From assembly GCA_965207885.1 (NCBI GenBank), contig OZ242311.1, positions 2,240,001 through 2,304,000 on the forward strand: a stretch of DNA of 64,000 nt. The letters run 5' to 3'. Source of the stretch: Candidatus Latescibacterota bacterium (GTDB lineage: Bacteria; Latescibacterota; UBA2968). How positions within the stretch are numbered: position 1 is the first letter of the stretch; every line of letters starts with the position of its first letter. The notes beneath the pieces are model-generated. The model was given only the letters and a program-made list of their open reading frames with translations, was not told the origin of the DNA and did no database searches. Shown piece by piece: positions 49,892 through 60,943 of this stretch. A program made the translations under genes and the position numbers.

Positions 49892-50785
49892 ATGAACGAA
49901 ATAACAGAACAAACCGATAAAATGGGCAAGGCGTTTCTCGACCTCGCCAACCGGGGTGAAACGCGCTGGATACGATATATTTTAACACTGCTGATTGTTA
50001 TTGCCACCTGGACTTTTGGCAGTGGTGTAGTCCTGTTCAGTGTTTATGGTTCTGAACCCGAAGGGTTGCCCATGGATGGCACAAATCCTTTTCTGGATTT
50101 TATTGCCCTCAACTTGCTCTTTGTCACGGTGCTGGTCGGTCTGTGGATTGGTATTAGAAACGCGCACAAACGCTCTTTCTGCACACTTATTACGCCGCGC
50201 GATCACATCCGCTGGGGCCGCATATTGCAGGGCTTTGGTTTGCAAATGGGTCTGGGTATTGTTTTCGCCGCTATTGACGCTCTGATTTTTCCCGATAACT
50301 ACTCTTATTCCCTGGATCCCGAACGCTTTTACAAATTCGCCATTCTCGTCCTGCTCCTCACGCCTTTCCAGACCACTACCGAAGAGCTTCTCACGCGCAG
50401 TTATTTTTTGCAAATGCTCGGGCACTTCACGCGTCACCCCATTGTTCTCGTTATTCTCAATGCCCTGCCCTTTGCCCTGTTCCATTTGATGAATCCCGAG
50501 ATCGCAGCGTATGGTGTAGTGCCCATGCTGGTTTCCTACTTTGTCGTCGGTGCATTTCTCGCTCTTGTCACGCTCAAAGATAACGGGGCGGAACTCGCCA
50601 TTGGCATTCATGCCGCGAATAACATGTTTGCAGCGGTCCTCGTCAATTACGAAGGCTCTGCGCTATCTACCAACGCCATTTTTATGATACATGAGGTCAA
50701 TGTTTGGTCCGGTACGGTTGCCTACATCGTCTCAGCAGCTATTATGTATTGGATATTGTTCCGCAGTAAACGACCAGTCCCTTGA
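49892..50785 (+). CDS. CPBP family intramembrane metalloprotease (Abi/CAAX)
   Basis: EELLTR, FALFH and AIGIHAANN motifs; true start placed after the dgoD stop. Confidence 0.88.
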   Translation: MNEITEQTDKMGKAFLDLANRGETRWIRYILTLLIVIATWTFGSGVVLFSVYGSEPEGLPMDGTNPFLDFIALNLLFVTVLVGLWIGIRNAHKRSFCTLITPRDHIRWGRILQGFGLQMGLGIVFAAIDALIFPDNYSYSLDPERFYKFAILVLLLTPFQTTTEELLTRSYFLQMLGHFTRHPIVLVILNALPFALFHLMNPEIAAYGVVPMLVSYFVVGAFLALVTLKDNGAELAIGIHAANNMFAAVLVNYEGSALSTNAIFMIHEVNVWSGTVAYIVSAAIMYWILFRSKRPVP

Positions 50786-50890
50786 TCTCTTATGGACTGC
50801 GATTTTTTGGCCAATGATTGAGTGTAGATCTGGGGTTGCTCAATACCATAGGAGACAGAGCATTTTCCCCCTGAAGCACTATACCGACAG

Positions 50891-51979
50891 ATGAAAGGGC
50901 TTGCCGTGCCTAAATTTCAAGCGAAGACTTTGCGCCGGATTGGTTACGAGCTTTTCGAAGCTGCCGGGTGTACGCCCGAGGACACGAGGACCGTCGTGGA
51001 CCACCTTGTCGAGTCGAATCTCTTCGGTCACGACTCTCACGGCGCCATCCGGTTCTACGAGTATGCCCGGGCGGTCCGGGAAGGGCGGTTCCAGCCCCGG
51101 GCGGTTCCGGTGGTCGTCGAGGAGTATCCCTGCTTGGCTGTTGTGGATGCGAAGGGGGCGATGGGACAGGTGGGCGCGACCTTTGCAGCAAAGCTGGCCA
51201 GTGAGAAGGCCCGGATACACGGCGTCGGTTGCGTCGCGCTGCGGAATACCAGCCATATAGGCCGGGCTGGTGCGTATCCGCTCATGGTCGCCCGGGAAGG
51301 ATTGATTGGTCTGATCTTTGTGAATGCCGGGCACCTGGGTTATCAGATCGCCCCTTTTGGGGGAATCGACGGACGCCTGAGCACCAATCCGATCGCATTT
51401 GCTGCCCCCCGACGGGAGGCAGAGCCGATTCTGGTGGACCTGACGACTTCGGTGGTGGCAGAAGGGAAGGTGCGGGTGGCGACCAACAGCGGGCACCAGG
51501 TCCCCGAGGGTTGGCTGATCGATTCGGAGGGGAATCCGACCGTGGATCCGGGAGATTTTTCGGCCGATCCGCCGGGCGCAATTCTCCCTATGGGCGGCGT
51601 GGTTGCCCACAAAGGCTTTGCGTTGAGCCTGGTGGTGGAGCTTTTGGGAGGCACTCTCAGCGGGCAGGGATGCGCTGCCGGCGAGCGCCAGATGATCAGC
51701 AACGGCGTGTTTTTGACGGTGTACGACATTGCGCACTTTACCGACCAGGAGGCCTACTACGACGAGGTGGAAGCATTGATCCGGCACGTGAAGTCGAGCC
51801 GCGTGGCCCCTGGATTTGAGGAAATCCTGCTGCCCGGAGAGCCGGAGTTCCGCAGCGCGACGCAGCGGAAGATGGAGGGGATCGAGGTAGATGATACGAC
51901 CTGGTCGATGATCTGCGAGGAAGCGCGCGCCGTCGGGCTGGAACCCCAGCGGTGGGAAGCCGAGCGGTGTGTCGGTTGA
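50891..51979 (+). CDS. Ldh_2 family (type 2 malate/L-lactate dehydrogenase-like) oxidoreductase
   Basis: GHDSHG, SHIGR, STNPIA, HKGFAL and LPGEPE motifs. Confidence 0.92.
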   Translation: MKGLAVPKFQAKTLRRIGYELFEAAGCTPEDTRTVVDHLVESNLFGHDSHGAIRFYEYARAVREGRFQPRAVPVVVEEYPCLAVVDAKGAMGQVGATFAAKLASEKARIHGVGCVALRNTSHIGRAGAYPLMVAREGLIGLIFVNAGHLGYQIAPFGGIDGRLSTNPIAFAAPRREAEPILVDLTTSVVAEGKVRVATNSGHQVPEGWLIDSEGNPTVDPGDFSADPPGAILPMGGVVAHKGFALSLVVELLGGTLSGQGCAAGERQMISNGVFLTVYDIAHFTDQEAYYDEVEALIRHVKSSRVAPGFEEILLPGEPEFRSATQRKMEGIEVDDTTWSMICEEARAVGLEPQRWEAERCVG

Positions 51980-52007
51980 GCGCGCTGGCTCCGGGAATGA
52001 AAAAGAC

Positions 52008-52048
52008 AAATGGGAGATATGGCCTTTAGCCGTGTCTCCCATTTTTTT
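52008..52048 (+). terminator. Rho-independent terminator
   Basis: AAATGGGAGATATGGC-N5-GCCGTGTCTCCCATTTTTTT. Confidence 0.85.
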
Positions 52049-52525
52049 AGCGATTAGAAAAGGCCAATAGCGTGTCCAGTTTTCAGATATACATCAGCTA
52101 TAGCTTTGCGAGGATCGGATTCGACAGGGTGAAGTTTGGGAAATGTCTCGGATTATAATTTGCACCTTAAAACAAATTAGAGTATCTTAAAAAACAAATA
52201 AGGAAAAGTGCTATGAATGCGATTTATCCTGAAACCGAATACAACTTCGTAATAGGCAAAAGTCCGCAAATGCGGGAAGTCTATCGCCAGATGCAAACGG
52301 CTGCTAAAGGGGCGGGAAGCGTGCTAATTGCGGGAGAGAGCGGCACCGGCAAAGACCTGATCGCTCAGTACATCCACCACAAAAGTGGTCGCGCCCCGAA
52401 TCCTTTTGTGCCCGTGAATTGCGGCGCTATTCCCAAAGAACTCTTTGAAAGCGAACTGTTCGGACACAAAAAAGGTTCTTTTACCGGCGCCGTAAACGAA
52501 ACCGCGGGCCTTTTCAGATCTGCTA

Positions 52526-53462
52526 GGTAGTGTCTGAAAAGTCGTAAAGTATGTATTTTAGTTGCAGCATACGCCCTAAACCAAGGAGTATGATATGCAA
52601 CGGAGATATGAACTGCGCGACGAGGCTTGGCATCTGATCCAAGACCTGTTCCCACCGCCGAAGAAGATGGGTCGTCCCCGTCGGGATGATCGTACATTAT
52701 TCAACGGGATCTTCTGGATATTGTGTTCAGGTGCAGCTTGGCGCGACCTGCCAGAACGATATGGTCCTTGGCAGACAGCCTTTGACCGATTCTGCAAATG
52801 GAAACAGGATGGCACCTTTGATCGCATTGTAGAAAAGCTACATCTCAAATTGGGTGAAGATGGTCTTTTAGATTATGCGACCTGGATGATGGATGCAACC
52901 CATATTCGAGCCACACAAGCCGCGGCAGGAGCGAAAAAAAAAGGGCAAAAAGGGTGAAGAAGAGCCCCCAGATCACGCTTTAGGACGCTCTCGTGGCGGT
53001 TTGACCACGAAAATCCATCTTCTTTGCGATGCAGTCGGGCATCCTTTAGCAGTGGATCTTCTCCCTGGTAACCAGTCAGAATCCACACAGGCTGAAAGGC
53101 TACTGTCAAAGGTATGCATACCCACCAAACGAGGGCGTCCAAGAAACCGACCCAAGTATCTGGTAGCTGATAAATCTTATGATGTCTCACGCATCAGAGT
53201 CTATCTACGCAAACGGGGTATCAAGGCTGCTATCCCAAACAAGGCGATTCCCAAAGGCAGAAAACGGCGTAAGAGAGGACCACGGCCTAAGTGTGATAAA
53301 AGATTATATGCCAAACGCAATATCGTGGAGCGTCTCTTTGGTTGGCTTAAACACTGCCGACGGATTGTGACCCGATTTGAAAAAAAGGCGACTCATTTTC
53401 TCACTATGGTCAAGCTGGCCTGTATCAGACAACTCTTCAAAGCTTACTTTTCAGACACTACC
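52526..53462 (+). mobile_element. IS5-family element (IS427-like group), 937 bp
   Basis: Perfect 17-bp IRs GGTAGTGTCTGAAAAGT; TA duplication at 52524-52525 and 53463-53464. Confidence 0.95.
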
Positions 53463-53465
53463 TAA
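52595..53465 (+). CDS. IS5 transposase in two frames joined at an A9 run
   Basis: WRDLPERYGPW and MDAT in ORF A; GRSRGGLTTKIH, ADKSYD and RNIVERLF in ORF B. Confidence 0.9.
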
Positions 53466-54923
53466 TACAGGGACCATCTTTCTGGATGAGATTACCGAAA
53501 TCCCGCTCGAGACCCAGGTCAAACTTTTGCGCGTTCTTCAAGAGAAGCGCATTCGACCTCTCGGAAGCACGGAAGAAATTCCCCTGGACGTCCAGGTCAT
53601 TGCAGCCACCAACCGCGACCTGGAGCAGGTGCTCTGGAACAGGAGCTTCCGGGAAGATCTCTATTACCGGCTCGGGGCAGTCACCATCTATATCCCACCC
53701 CTGCGGGAACATTTAGAAGATATTCCGGACCTGGTCGCCGCTTTCATCCAGAAGCTCAATCGACGCCTTAAACGCAACATCCTGGGCGTCCACCCGACCA
53801 TAATAGAACAGCTTACCAACTATTCCTGGCCCGGCAATGTGCGTCAGCTTGAAAACGTCATTGAAAATGCATATTTGTTTTCCAAAGGGAAGTGGATTAC
53901 CCGGCTGGGGGTGAAACTCGAAGAGGATATCCAATCTCTTGTGCGATCCACAGGACAAATTAGCATATCCCTGGACCCAGACGAATTTTATCTGCCGTCC
54001 AAAGTGATGTCAACCTCCTTGAGACGGAAAATTCAAAGTGCAGCAAAAAGTCCGACAGGCGTGTTGATCCAGGGAGAAGAAGGGACCGGATCCCTGATGG
54101 TTGGACGGGAAATCCACCGTCAGAGCTTCTATGCAAAAGGGCCTTTCGTCATCGTCAACTGCGATACGATTCCACCCGAACTTTTTGAAAAAGAGCTGTT
54201 CGGAAATTCTATTTTTGAAGATACACAAGGACATTTTGAAGGATATATGCACCAGGCCGAAAGCGGCACGCTCTATCTCAACGAAGTTACGGCCATACCG
54301 TACCGGATTCAGATGCTGCTGCTTAGCTTGTTCGAAGGAGACAGGATGCGTCCGACCGGGTTTTCCAGGGATCTTCCAAAAAATCTTTGCGTCATTGCCT
54401 ATACGTCGCAAGATCTGCATCGGGCCATGAAAGAGAAAAGCCTGTCTGTCGGATTCTATACCCGATTGAGTGGGTTTGTCATTCACATTCCGACTTTGCG
54501 GGAACAAAAAGAGAAAATTCCAGAATTCGCAGATTATTTTGTCAAATTATTCGCCACTCGGCAACAACGTCCGGCTCCTCGAATTCACGACGATGCACTG
54601 GCATCTCTTACGGCCTATCCCTGGCCGGGCAATCTACTGGAACTGCGCTTTGTTATCCAGGGTGCTCTTACTGCGGCGAACTTCGGCACAATTCAAAAAC
54701 ACCACCTGCCAGACCAACTGGGAATACACTGGCAGACGGATGGACACACAGACACACGGGGCAAACTCTACGATGTAGAGCAGGCTTTACTTCAAGAAGC
54801 ACTCCAAAAAGCCGATGGAAACAAAACCCAGGCTGCTCGACTTCTCGGTATCTCTCGGAAAAAGGTTTACAAAATGCTGGAAAGCGCAACCCTTCATTAT
54901 GAATCCGGGGTTTAATCTCTCAG

Positions 54924-54959
54924 TGTTTCTTTTCGAAACAACTGTATCCTGAGGGAACG
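54924..54959 (+). promoter_or_regulatory. Candidate tandem upstream activator sites
   Basis: TGTTTC-N5-GAAACA palindrome and an adjacent TGTATC-N5-GGAACG; about 150 bp from the -24 box when the IS4 is removed. Confidence 0.5.
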
Positions 54960-55037
54960 TACCAGATGCTTCTCGCCAAACTGGAATTCTCAAACCCTAT
55001 AGGAATTCTCCCTTCAATTCTATTTACATAAATATAT

Positions 55038-56235
55038 CATAGTACACGACAAAAAATAAAAGACCTGTGAAAAAAGCTAAAAAGAGTTAGGTTTGAATGT
55101 CCCAAGACAAACCTTTCTCATCTTAACAAGGCACAGGTCTATGTCTCCTGAAACTATTGAACTTCAAACGATTATGCAAGGATATTTTCACTGGCATAAA
55201 GCCCGAATAACGTTTACCGCTGCGTTCATATTGTCGCTGATAAAATTGCGTAGCGTCAATTTTATGAAACTGGCAAACGCACTCAATGGAACCGTCAAGC
55301 AGAAATCTAATTATCGTCGTATCCAACGCTTCTTTGCCCACTTTGCCTTACCCTATGCGTGTGTGAGACAATTGATCTTGCACTTATTACCTATAAAGTC
55401 GGATTTTATAGTCTCAATAGATCGCACCAATTGGAAGTTGGGAAAATTCAATATCAACATCCTAACCGCAGGCATTATCTATGAAGGGGTCGCCTTTCCT
55501 ATCTGTTGGCACTTGTTAAAAAAACGGGGCAATTCCAATAGTGATGAGCGTATCCATTTGATGCAAGAAATGCTCAACTGCATCTGCAAATCGCATATCC
55601 GCGTTGTCGTCGCAGACAGAGAATTTATTGGAAGAGAATGGTTTAGGTGGTTAGACACACAAAATATACCCTTTGTTATTCGCATCAAGGAAAACGCTCT
55701 TGTCTCATCAGGCGGTAGAGAGATCCCCATAAGAAAACGGTTTGAAAATCTTAATATCCATCAGCAGGTCAACTTGTGCAAACGCCACCGCGTTTATGAC
55801 CTGCCTGTATATCTGTCTGCACTAAGATTGAAGGACCAATACCTCATTCTTGCCAGCAACCAAAAAGGTCAAGCCGCATTGGATACCTATAAAAAACGAT
55901 GGGGCATTGAAGTCCTTTTTGCCAATCTTAAAAGTCGAGGATTTAATCTGGAAGAGACCCATCTTATACATCAAGACCGCATTGAGAAACTCATCGCGCT
56001 TTTGGCCATTGCCTGCATCTGGGCGCATATCATCGGCGAATGGATAGCAAAAACAAATCCTTTGACGATCAAAAATCACGGGCGGATGGAGAAAAGTCTC
56101 TTCCGATATGGGTTGGACTATTTGCAGTATGTCCTGCTCAATATAAACCAACAAACCCAACAGTTCCTCATATGCATTCGTTTACTGAGTAATCCGCCAC
56201 TGTTTAAAACAATTTAAGTTTTGTCGTGTACCATG
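55038..56235 (+). mobile_element. IS4-family element copy 1 (1198 bp)
   Basis: IRs CAT(A/G)GTACACGACAAAA; 9-bp TSD TAAATATAT. Confidence 0.95.
55093..56217 (+). CDS. IS4-family transposase
   Basis: IDRTNW, ADREF and YKKRWGIE...K (YREK) motifs. Confidence 0.93.
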   Translation: MNVPRQTFLILTRHRSMSPETIELQTIMQGYFHWHKARITFTAAFILSLIKLRSVNFMKLANALNGTVKQKSNYRRIQRFFAHFALPYACVRQLILHLLPIKSDFIVSIDRTNWKLGKFNINILTAGIIYEGVAFPICWHLLKKRGNSNSDERIHLMQEMLNCICKSHIRVVVADREFIGREWFRWLDTQNIPFVIRIKENALVSSGGREIPIRKRFENLNIHQQVNLCKRHRVYDLPVYLSALRLKDQYLILASNQKGQAALDTYKKRWGIEVLFANLKSRGFNLEETHLIHQDRIEKLIALLAIACIWAHIIGEWIAKTNPLTIKNHGRMEKSLFRYGLDYLQYVLLNINQQTQQFLICIRLLSNPPLFKTI

Positions 56236-56299
56236 TAAATATATATAAAATAACAGTCTAATTGTGCCAGACAAACTGATCTTCATTTTTTTCGTTGTC

Positions 56300-56315
56300 T
56301 GGCACTTTTTTTGCT
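56300..56315 (+). promoter_or_regulatory. Sigma-54 (-24/-12) promoter
   Basis: TGGCAC-TTTTT-TTGCT is an exact TGGCAC-N5-TTGCW match, downstream of an enhancer-binding-protein gene. Confidence 0.85.
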
Positions 56316-56440
56316 TATATATTATATTAGATGAAAGAAAGTAATTTTTAGTGAATTGATTCAGCTACCTTAAAATTACACTTAATCCCTGCCAAATCTA
56401 CTGCCTCAATTTCTGTCCCGATTATCGCGAGGGATATACT

Positions 56441-56842
56441 TTGGACAGACGCATCTTGATTGTCTCCGAAGATTCCCGGCTGGTCTGGGACGTGAAAAAT
56501 CTTCTGTCTGGCGAACCTGTGGAACAGACTCAAGTGCGTTCCGGGCAGGCATGTCTGGATATGATTGTGAGTACTCCTGTAGAAATTGCCGTGATAGACG
56601 ACCGTCTCCAGGATATGCAGGCAGTGGATCTAATCAGAAATATCAAATCCACAGTGCCAGATATAATCGTCATCCTGGCTGCCTATAAACATTCTATCCA
56701 GCGGGAAATAGAGGCCAGGCGAGTTGGGGCTTTCTACTGTATCATCGGTCCCGGCGAATACGATACCCTCTACCAGTTTTTGCTACAGGCCATTGCGTTA
56801 GAAAGCAGACATCTTTTGAGGAAACATAGACAAAGGAGGTGA
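56441..56842 (+). CDS. Stand-alone atypical receiver (REC) domain protein
   Basis: RILIVSED, IAVIDDRL and GAFYCIIGP, where the conserved Lys is missing. Confidence 0.75.
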   Translation: MDRRILIVSEDSRLVWDVKNLLSGEPVEQTQVRSGQACLDMIVSTPVEIAVIDDRLQDMQAVDLIRNIKSTVPDIIVILAAYKHSIQREIEARRVGAFYCIIGPGEYDTLYQFLLQAIALESRHLLRKHRQRR

Positions 56843-56921
56843 TATCGCGTTTAACATAGCTACAATAGTCGCGATAGATGTGGACTCATCCTGATTACAC
56901 CAAATCCGAGAGGAGGCGTTT

Positions 56922-57632
56922 ATGATTCGATTCCGAAGTATTTTGTTTGGCGGAGTTCTCGTGTTGGCCCTGGGGGGAATCTCATTCGCCCAGGACTTTA
57001 CCCCTCGAGTGGGCGTCGCGGGGAATATTAGCGTGAACCTGCCTGTACTGGGACTCCGAACCTGGTTTACACAGGCCCCGCAATTCGGGGTCAATATTGT
57101 GTATCATCGCCATGCGCGGATAGAGGTGGAGTACGAATACCACCACGCCCGGTTTGACGGTGGGACTCTGGAGGATGCCGAGTTTATGTGGGCGCCTACC
57201 GGTACCACAGATCTTCAGTCTTACAAAAGTCCCAACGCGCAATCCAAGATGCGTTTTCACAGCTTTCTGGTCAACGGCGTCTTCTTTTTTGGCAAGCAAC
57301 TCAACGACCAAAAGGCTCGGCCTTATTTCACATTCGGGAGCGGTATGTATCACTATCGTACTACTGAAACAGGGCTGATCTTTCCAGGCCAAACGGGTAA
57401 TTCGTTGAACACCAGCATTGTTCTGGAATCCGACGGGGATGTCCGAACAACTGTCGGTATCAATTTCGGTCTGGGCGTTGCTTTCTATACATCCGATCGA
57501 TTCGCCCTTGATTTGCGTGGTCGATACCACATTATCATAGGTCAGTTGCGCCCCATGGAGGCGTGGGGATTGAAGCAGGTCTTTCCCTTCCATGCGCTGG
57601 ATCTGGGCATTCGCGTGAAGACCTACTTTTAG
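56922..57632 (+). CDS. Outer-membrane beta-barrel protein
   Basis: Signal peptide, alternating strands, RPYFTFGSG, C-terminal Phe; GGAGG SD. Confidence 0.82.
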   Translation: MIRFRSILFGGVLVLALGGISFAQDFTPRVGVAGNISVNLPVLGLRTWFTQAPQFGVNIVYHRHARIEVEYEYHHARFDGGTLEDAEFMWAPTGTTDLQSYKSPNAQSKMRFHSFLVNGVFFFGKQLNDQKARPYFTFGSGMYHYRTTETGLIFPGQTGNSLNTSIVLESDGDVRTTVGINFGLGVAFYTSDRFALDLRGRYHIIIGQLRPMEAWGLKQVFPFHALDLGIRVKTYF

Positions 57633-59745
57633 GGGGAACACAATATGCGAGAATCAAAACGAATTCTCCTGTGGTGCATGACGCTGAGTCTGGTTCTGTT
57701 TGGCGCTGATTTGACATTCGCTGCCACTACGGGAAAGATTTCCGGTACTGTCAGAGATGCGCAGGGACAACCGCTTCCCGGAGCCAATGTGGTCGTCAAA
57801 GGGATGCGTTTGGGGGCTACCACAGACGCCGAAGGAATCTATTTTATTCTTACTGTACCACCCGGATTGCACACACTGACTGCATCTCTGGTGGGCTATG
57901 GAACGATCTCTCAAACCGATGTAAAAGTCGCCGTTGACCTGACTACGACGGTCGATTTCGCGCTGGAGGAAATAGCTCTACAGGCCACAGAACTGATTGT
58001 GATTGCCGAGCGTCCACCCGTGGAGCCGGACAAAACCACCAGCAAATACATCATGGGATCAGAGGATATCGAGTCACTTCCCATCATCAGAAGCGTCTCT
58101 GAACTCCTCGCTTTACAGCCCGGCGTTTTGCCGGAGGGAAACGACATGATTCGCGGAACTGGTGCCGCGGATGTGACCTATTACATAGATGGAATCCCCA
58201 TTGTGACCACCGATGGCGTGGGTGCATTTGACCGTTTCCAGTTTCAAAACACATCGGCTGTCCAGGAACTCACCATATTGACCGGAGGATGGGAGGCAGA
58301 ATATGGCAATGCCCAGGCCGGTATCATCAACCTGGTCACGCGGGAGGCAGGGGAAAACTATTCGGGACGATTGGAGTACAAGTTTGATCCTTCGGGCAAA
58401 AAACACTGGGGCAACGACGTTTACGACGCCCCTCAGTTTAGAGATAACTTGAAGTGGGGAGATGCCGCCTGGGAAAATGAGACAGATCCCGAAACGGGAC
58501 AAACTATTCACCAGCGGATCGATTATACCGATGCAGCAGGCCATTTCATAGAGGCGAATCTATCTGGACCACTTACGCCTGACGCCGGGCTATTCGTCAG
58601 TACGCGCTTTGATCGGTCCTCCCGTTCGTTTCCTTCCTCTTCCTCGCACACTCCTGGAAATACCCGCAATACAGTCAAGCTAAATTACAATATGTCAGAC
58701 AATGTAAAGTTCAAGCTCGGCGGATTCTACCATTGGAGCAAAGGGTGGAACAACGGCACCAGTTTGGGCAGAAGCGCCACGGCCGGTGCTATCCGAGGCC
58801 TGGGAGACGGTGGGAGAAACGTCTTTCTACCGGAAGGAAGTTCTGCGGGACGGTTCACGGATAGTGAGAGTTTGATCTACGTCTCTTTGACCCATACCCT
58901 GAGTCCAAAGACATTCTATGAAGCCAAAATATCGCGCTCTTTTTCCAAACAGGATACCAGCGATATTCCCGTAGCGACCCAGCCCCTGCGCAGGGATGCG
59001 GCCGGGTACTTCAACCTGTCGCGCGACGTGCGTGCCTACGAAATTTCAGCGCGCGCGCGTTACAACGTCAAGTTCGATATTTCCAGCCAGATCACGAGGG
59101 GACATCTGGTCAAGACCGGGATTGACTTCACCTATTCCGACGCCTGGGCATTTGGGGAGATTGGAGAAAACGAATCTCGCCGCGTCGTTGCCTTTTACTC
59201 AAAAGATGGGGCTTCAGATGGAAACTTTCAGCGGGGAATCAACCCTTTTCAGTGGGGACTCTATTTGCAAGATAAGATGGAATTCAGCGGCATGATCGTC
59301 AATGCAGGCGTTCGTCTGGATGGATTCCACAATGGAGAAAAAGGCTCCGCAGTTCCATCTTTTGAAACATCACCTATGTACAACAAACTCCGACATTTTC
59401 GAAACGCACCACGGGCAGACGCCGATGCCAAAATCGCGTTCAGCCCTCGATTGGGTGTTTCACATCCCATCACCGCTGCAAGCACCATCCGGTTTTTCTA
59501 TGGGAGATTTTACAAATTTCCGAATCTCTGGACGATGAATCGGCAGGTCTGGGTGGGGAGCTTTCCCGACATCGACATCAACGACAACGGACAGATCGAT
59601 CCCGAGGAGAGGTTCAATGATCTCGGAAAGGAAAACCAGATCGGCGTTGGAAACATGGCGACACCGCCCGAGAAAACCACCAGTTTTGAAGTGGGAACCG
59701 ACTGGAACGTGGTTTCGGACTATACCCTGTCGCTAACCGCCTACT

Positions 59746-60943
59746 CATGGTACACGACAAAACTTAAATTGTTTTAAACAGTGGCGGATTACTCAGTAAA
59801 CGAATGCATATGAGGAACTGTTGGGTTTGTTGGTTTATATTGAGCAGGACATACTGCAAATAGTCCAACCCATATCGGAAGAGACTTTTCTCCATCCGCC
59901 CGTGATTTTTGATCGTCAAAGGATTTGTTTTTGCTATCCATTCGCCGATGATATGCGCCCAGATGCAGGCAATGGCCAAAAGCGCGATGAGTTTCTCAAT
60001 GCGGTCTTGATGTATAAGATGGGTCTCTTCCAGATTAAATCCTCGACTTTTAAGATTGGCAAAAAGGACTTCAATGCCCCATCGTTTTTTATAGGTATCC
60101 AATGCGGCTTGACCTTTTTGGTTGCTGGCAAGAATGAGGTATTGGTCCTTCAATCTTAGTGCAGACAGATATACAGGCAGGTCATAAACGCGGTGGCGTT
60201 TGCACAAGTTGACCTGCTGATGGATATTAAGATTTTCAAACCGTTTTCTTATGGGGATCTCTCTACCGCCTGATGAGACAAGAGCGTTTTCCTTGATGCG
60301 AATAACAAAGGGTATATTTTGTGTGTCTAACCACCTAAACCATTCTCTTCCAATAAATTCTCTGTCTGCGACGACAACGCGGATATGCGATTTGCAGATG
60401 CAGTTGAGCATTTCTTGCATCAAATGGATACGCTCATCACTATTGGAATTGCCCCGTTTTTTTAACAAGTGCCAACAGATAGGAAAGGCGACCCCTTCAT
60501 AGATAATGCCTGCGGTTAGGATGTTGATATTGAATTTTCCCAACTTCCAATTGGTGCGATCTATTGAGACTATAAAATCCGACTTTATAGGTAATAAGTG
60601 CAAGATCAATTGTCTCACACACGCATAGGGTAAGGCAAAGTGGGCAAAGAAGCGTTGGATACGACGATAATTAGATTTCTGCTTGACGGTTCCATTGAGT
60701 GCGTTTGCCAGTTTCATAAAATTGACGCTACGCAATTTTATCAGCGACAATATGAACGCAGCGGTAAACGTTATTCGGGCTTTATGCCAGTGAAAATATC
60801 CTTGCATAATCGTTTGAAGTTCAATAGTTTCAGGAGACATAGACCTGTGCCTTGTTAAGATGAGAAAGGTTTGTCTTGGGACATTCAAACCTAACTCTTT
60901 TTAGCTTTTTTCACAGGTCTTTTATTTTTTGTCGTGTACTATG
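59746..60943 (-). mobile_element. IS4-family element copy 2 (1198 bp), inverted relative to copy 1
   Basis: Same IRs; 9-bp TSD CCGCCTACT; transposase translation identical to copy 1. Confidence 0.95.
59764..60888 (-). CDS. IS4-family transposase
   Basis: Identical translation to 55093-56217. Confidence 0.93.
   Translation of the reverse strand: MNVPRQTFLILTRHRSMSPETIELQTIMQGYFHWHKARITFTAAFILSLIKLRSVNFMKLANALNGTVKQKSNYRRIQRFFAHFALPYACVRQLILHLLPIKSDFIVSIDRTNWKLGKFNINILTAGIIYEGVAFPICWHLLKKRGNSNSDERIHLMQEMLNCICKSHIRVVVADREFIGREWFRWLDTQNIPFVIRIKENALVSSGGREIPIRKRFENLNIHQQVNLCKRHRVYDLPVYLSALRLKDQYLILASNQKGQAALDTYKKRWGIEVLFANLKSRGFNLEETHLIHQDRIEKLIALLAIACIWAHIIGEWIAKTNPLTIKNHGRMEKSLFRYGLDYLQYVLLNINQQTQQFLICIRLLSNPPLFKTI

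Larger units (their letters stand above)
52213..54915 (+). pseudogene. Sigma-54 enhancer-binding protein with two tandem AAA+ domains and a Fis HTH, interrupted by IS5
   Basis: GESGTGK, ESELFGHKKGSFTGA and FLDEI join in frame (FRSANTGTIFLDEI) once the IS and one TA are removed, giving 587 aa. Second domain is degenerate; GNKTQAARLLGISR HTH. Confidence 0.92.

Noticed and set aside
50879-52042. 387-aa antisense ORF over the Ldh_2 gene
   Set aside because: Shadow frame of a GC-rich gene with no recognisable motifs; the same applies to other long antisense ORFs such as 47675-48685 and 49120-50007.
53377-53464. Start of a separate 512-aa regulator
   Set aside because: The first residues derive from IS5 sequence; the ORF is the 3' part of the interrupted activator.
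55038-60943. Composite transposon formed by the two inverted IS4 copies
   Set aside because: Each copy has its own distinct 9-bp TSD and the receptor gene continues beyond copy 2, so these are separate insertions.
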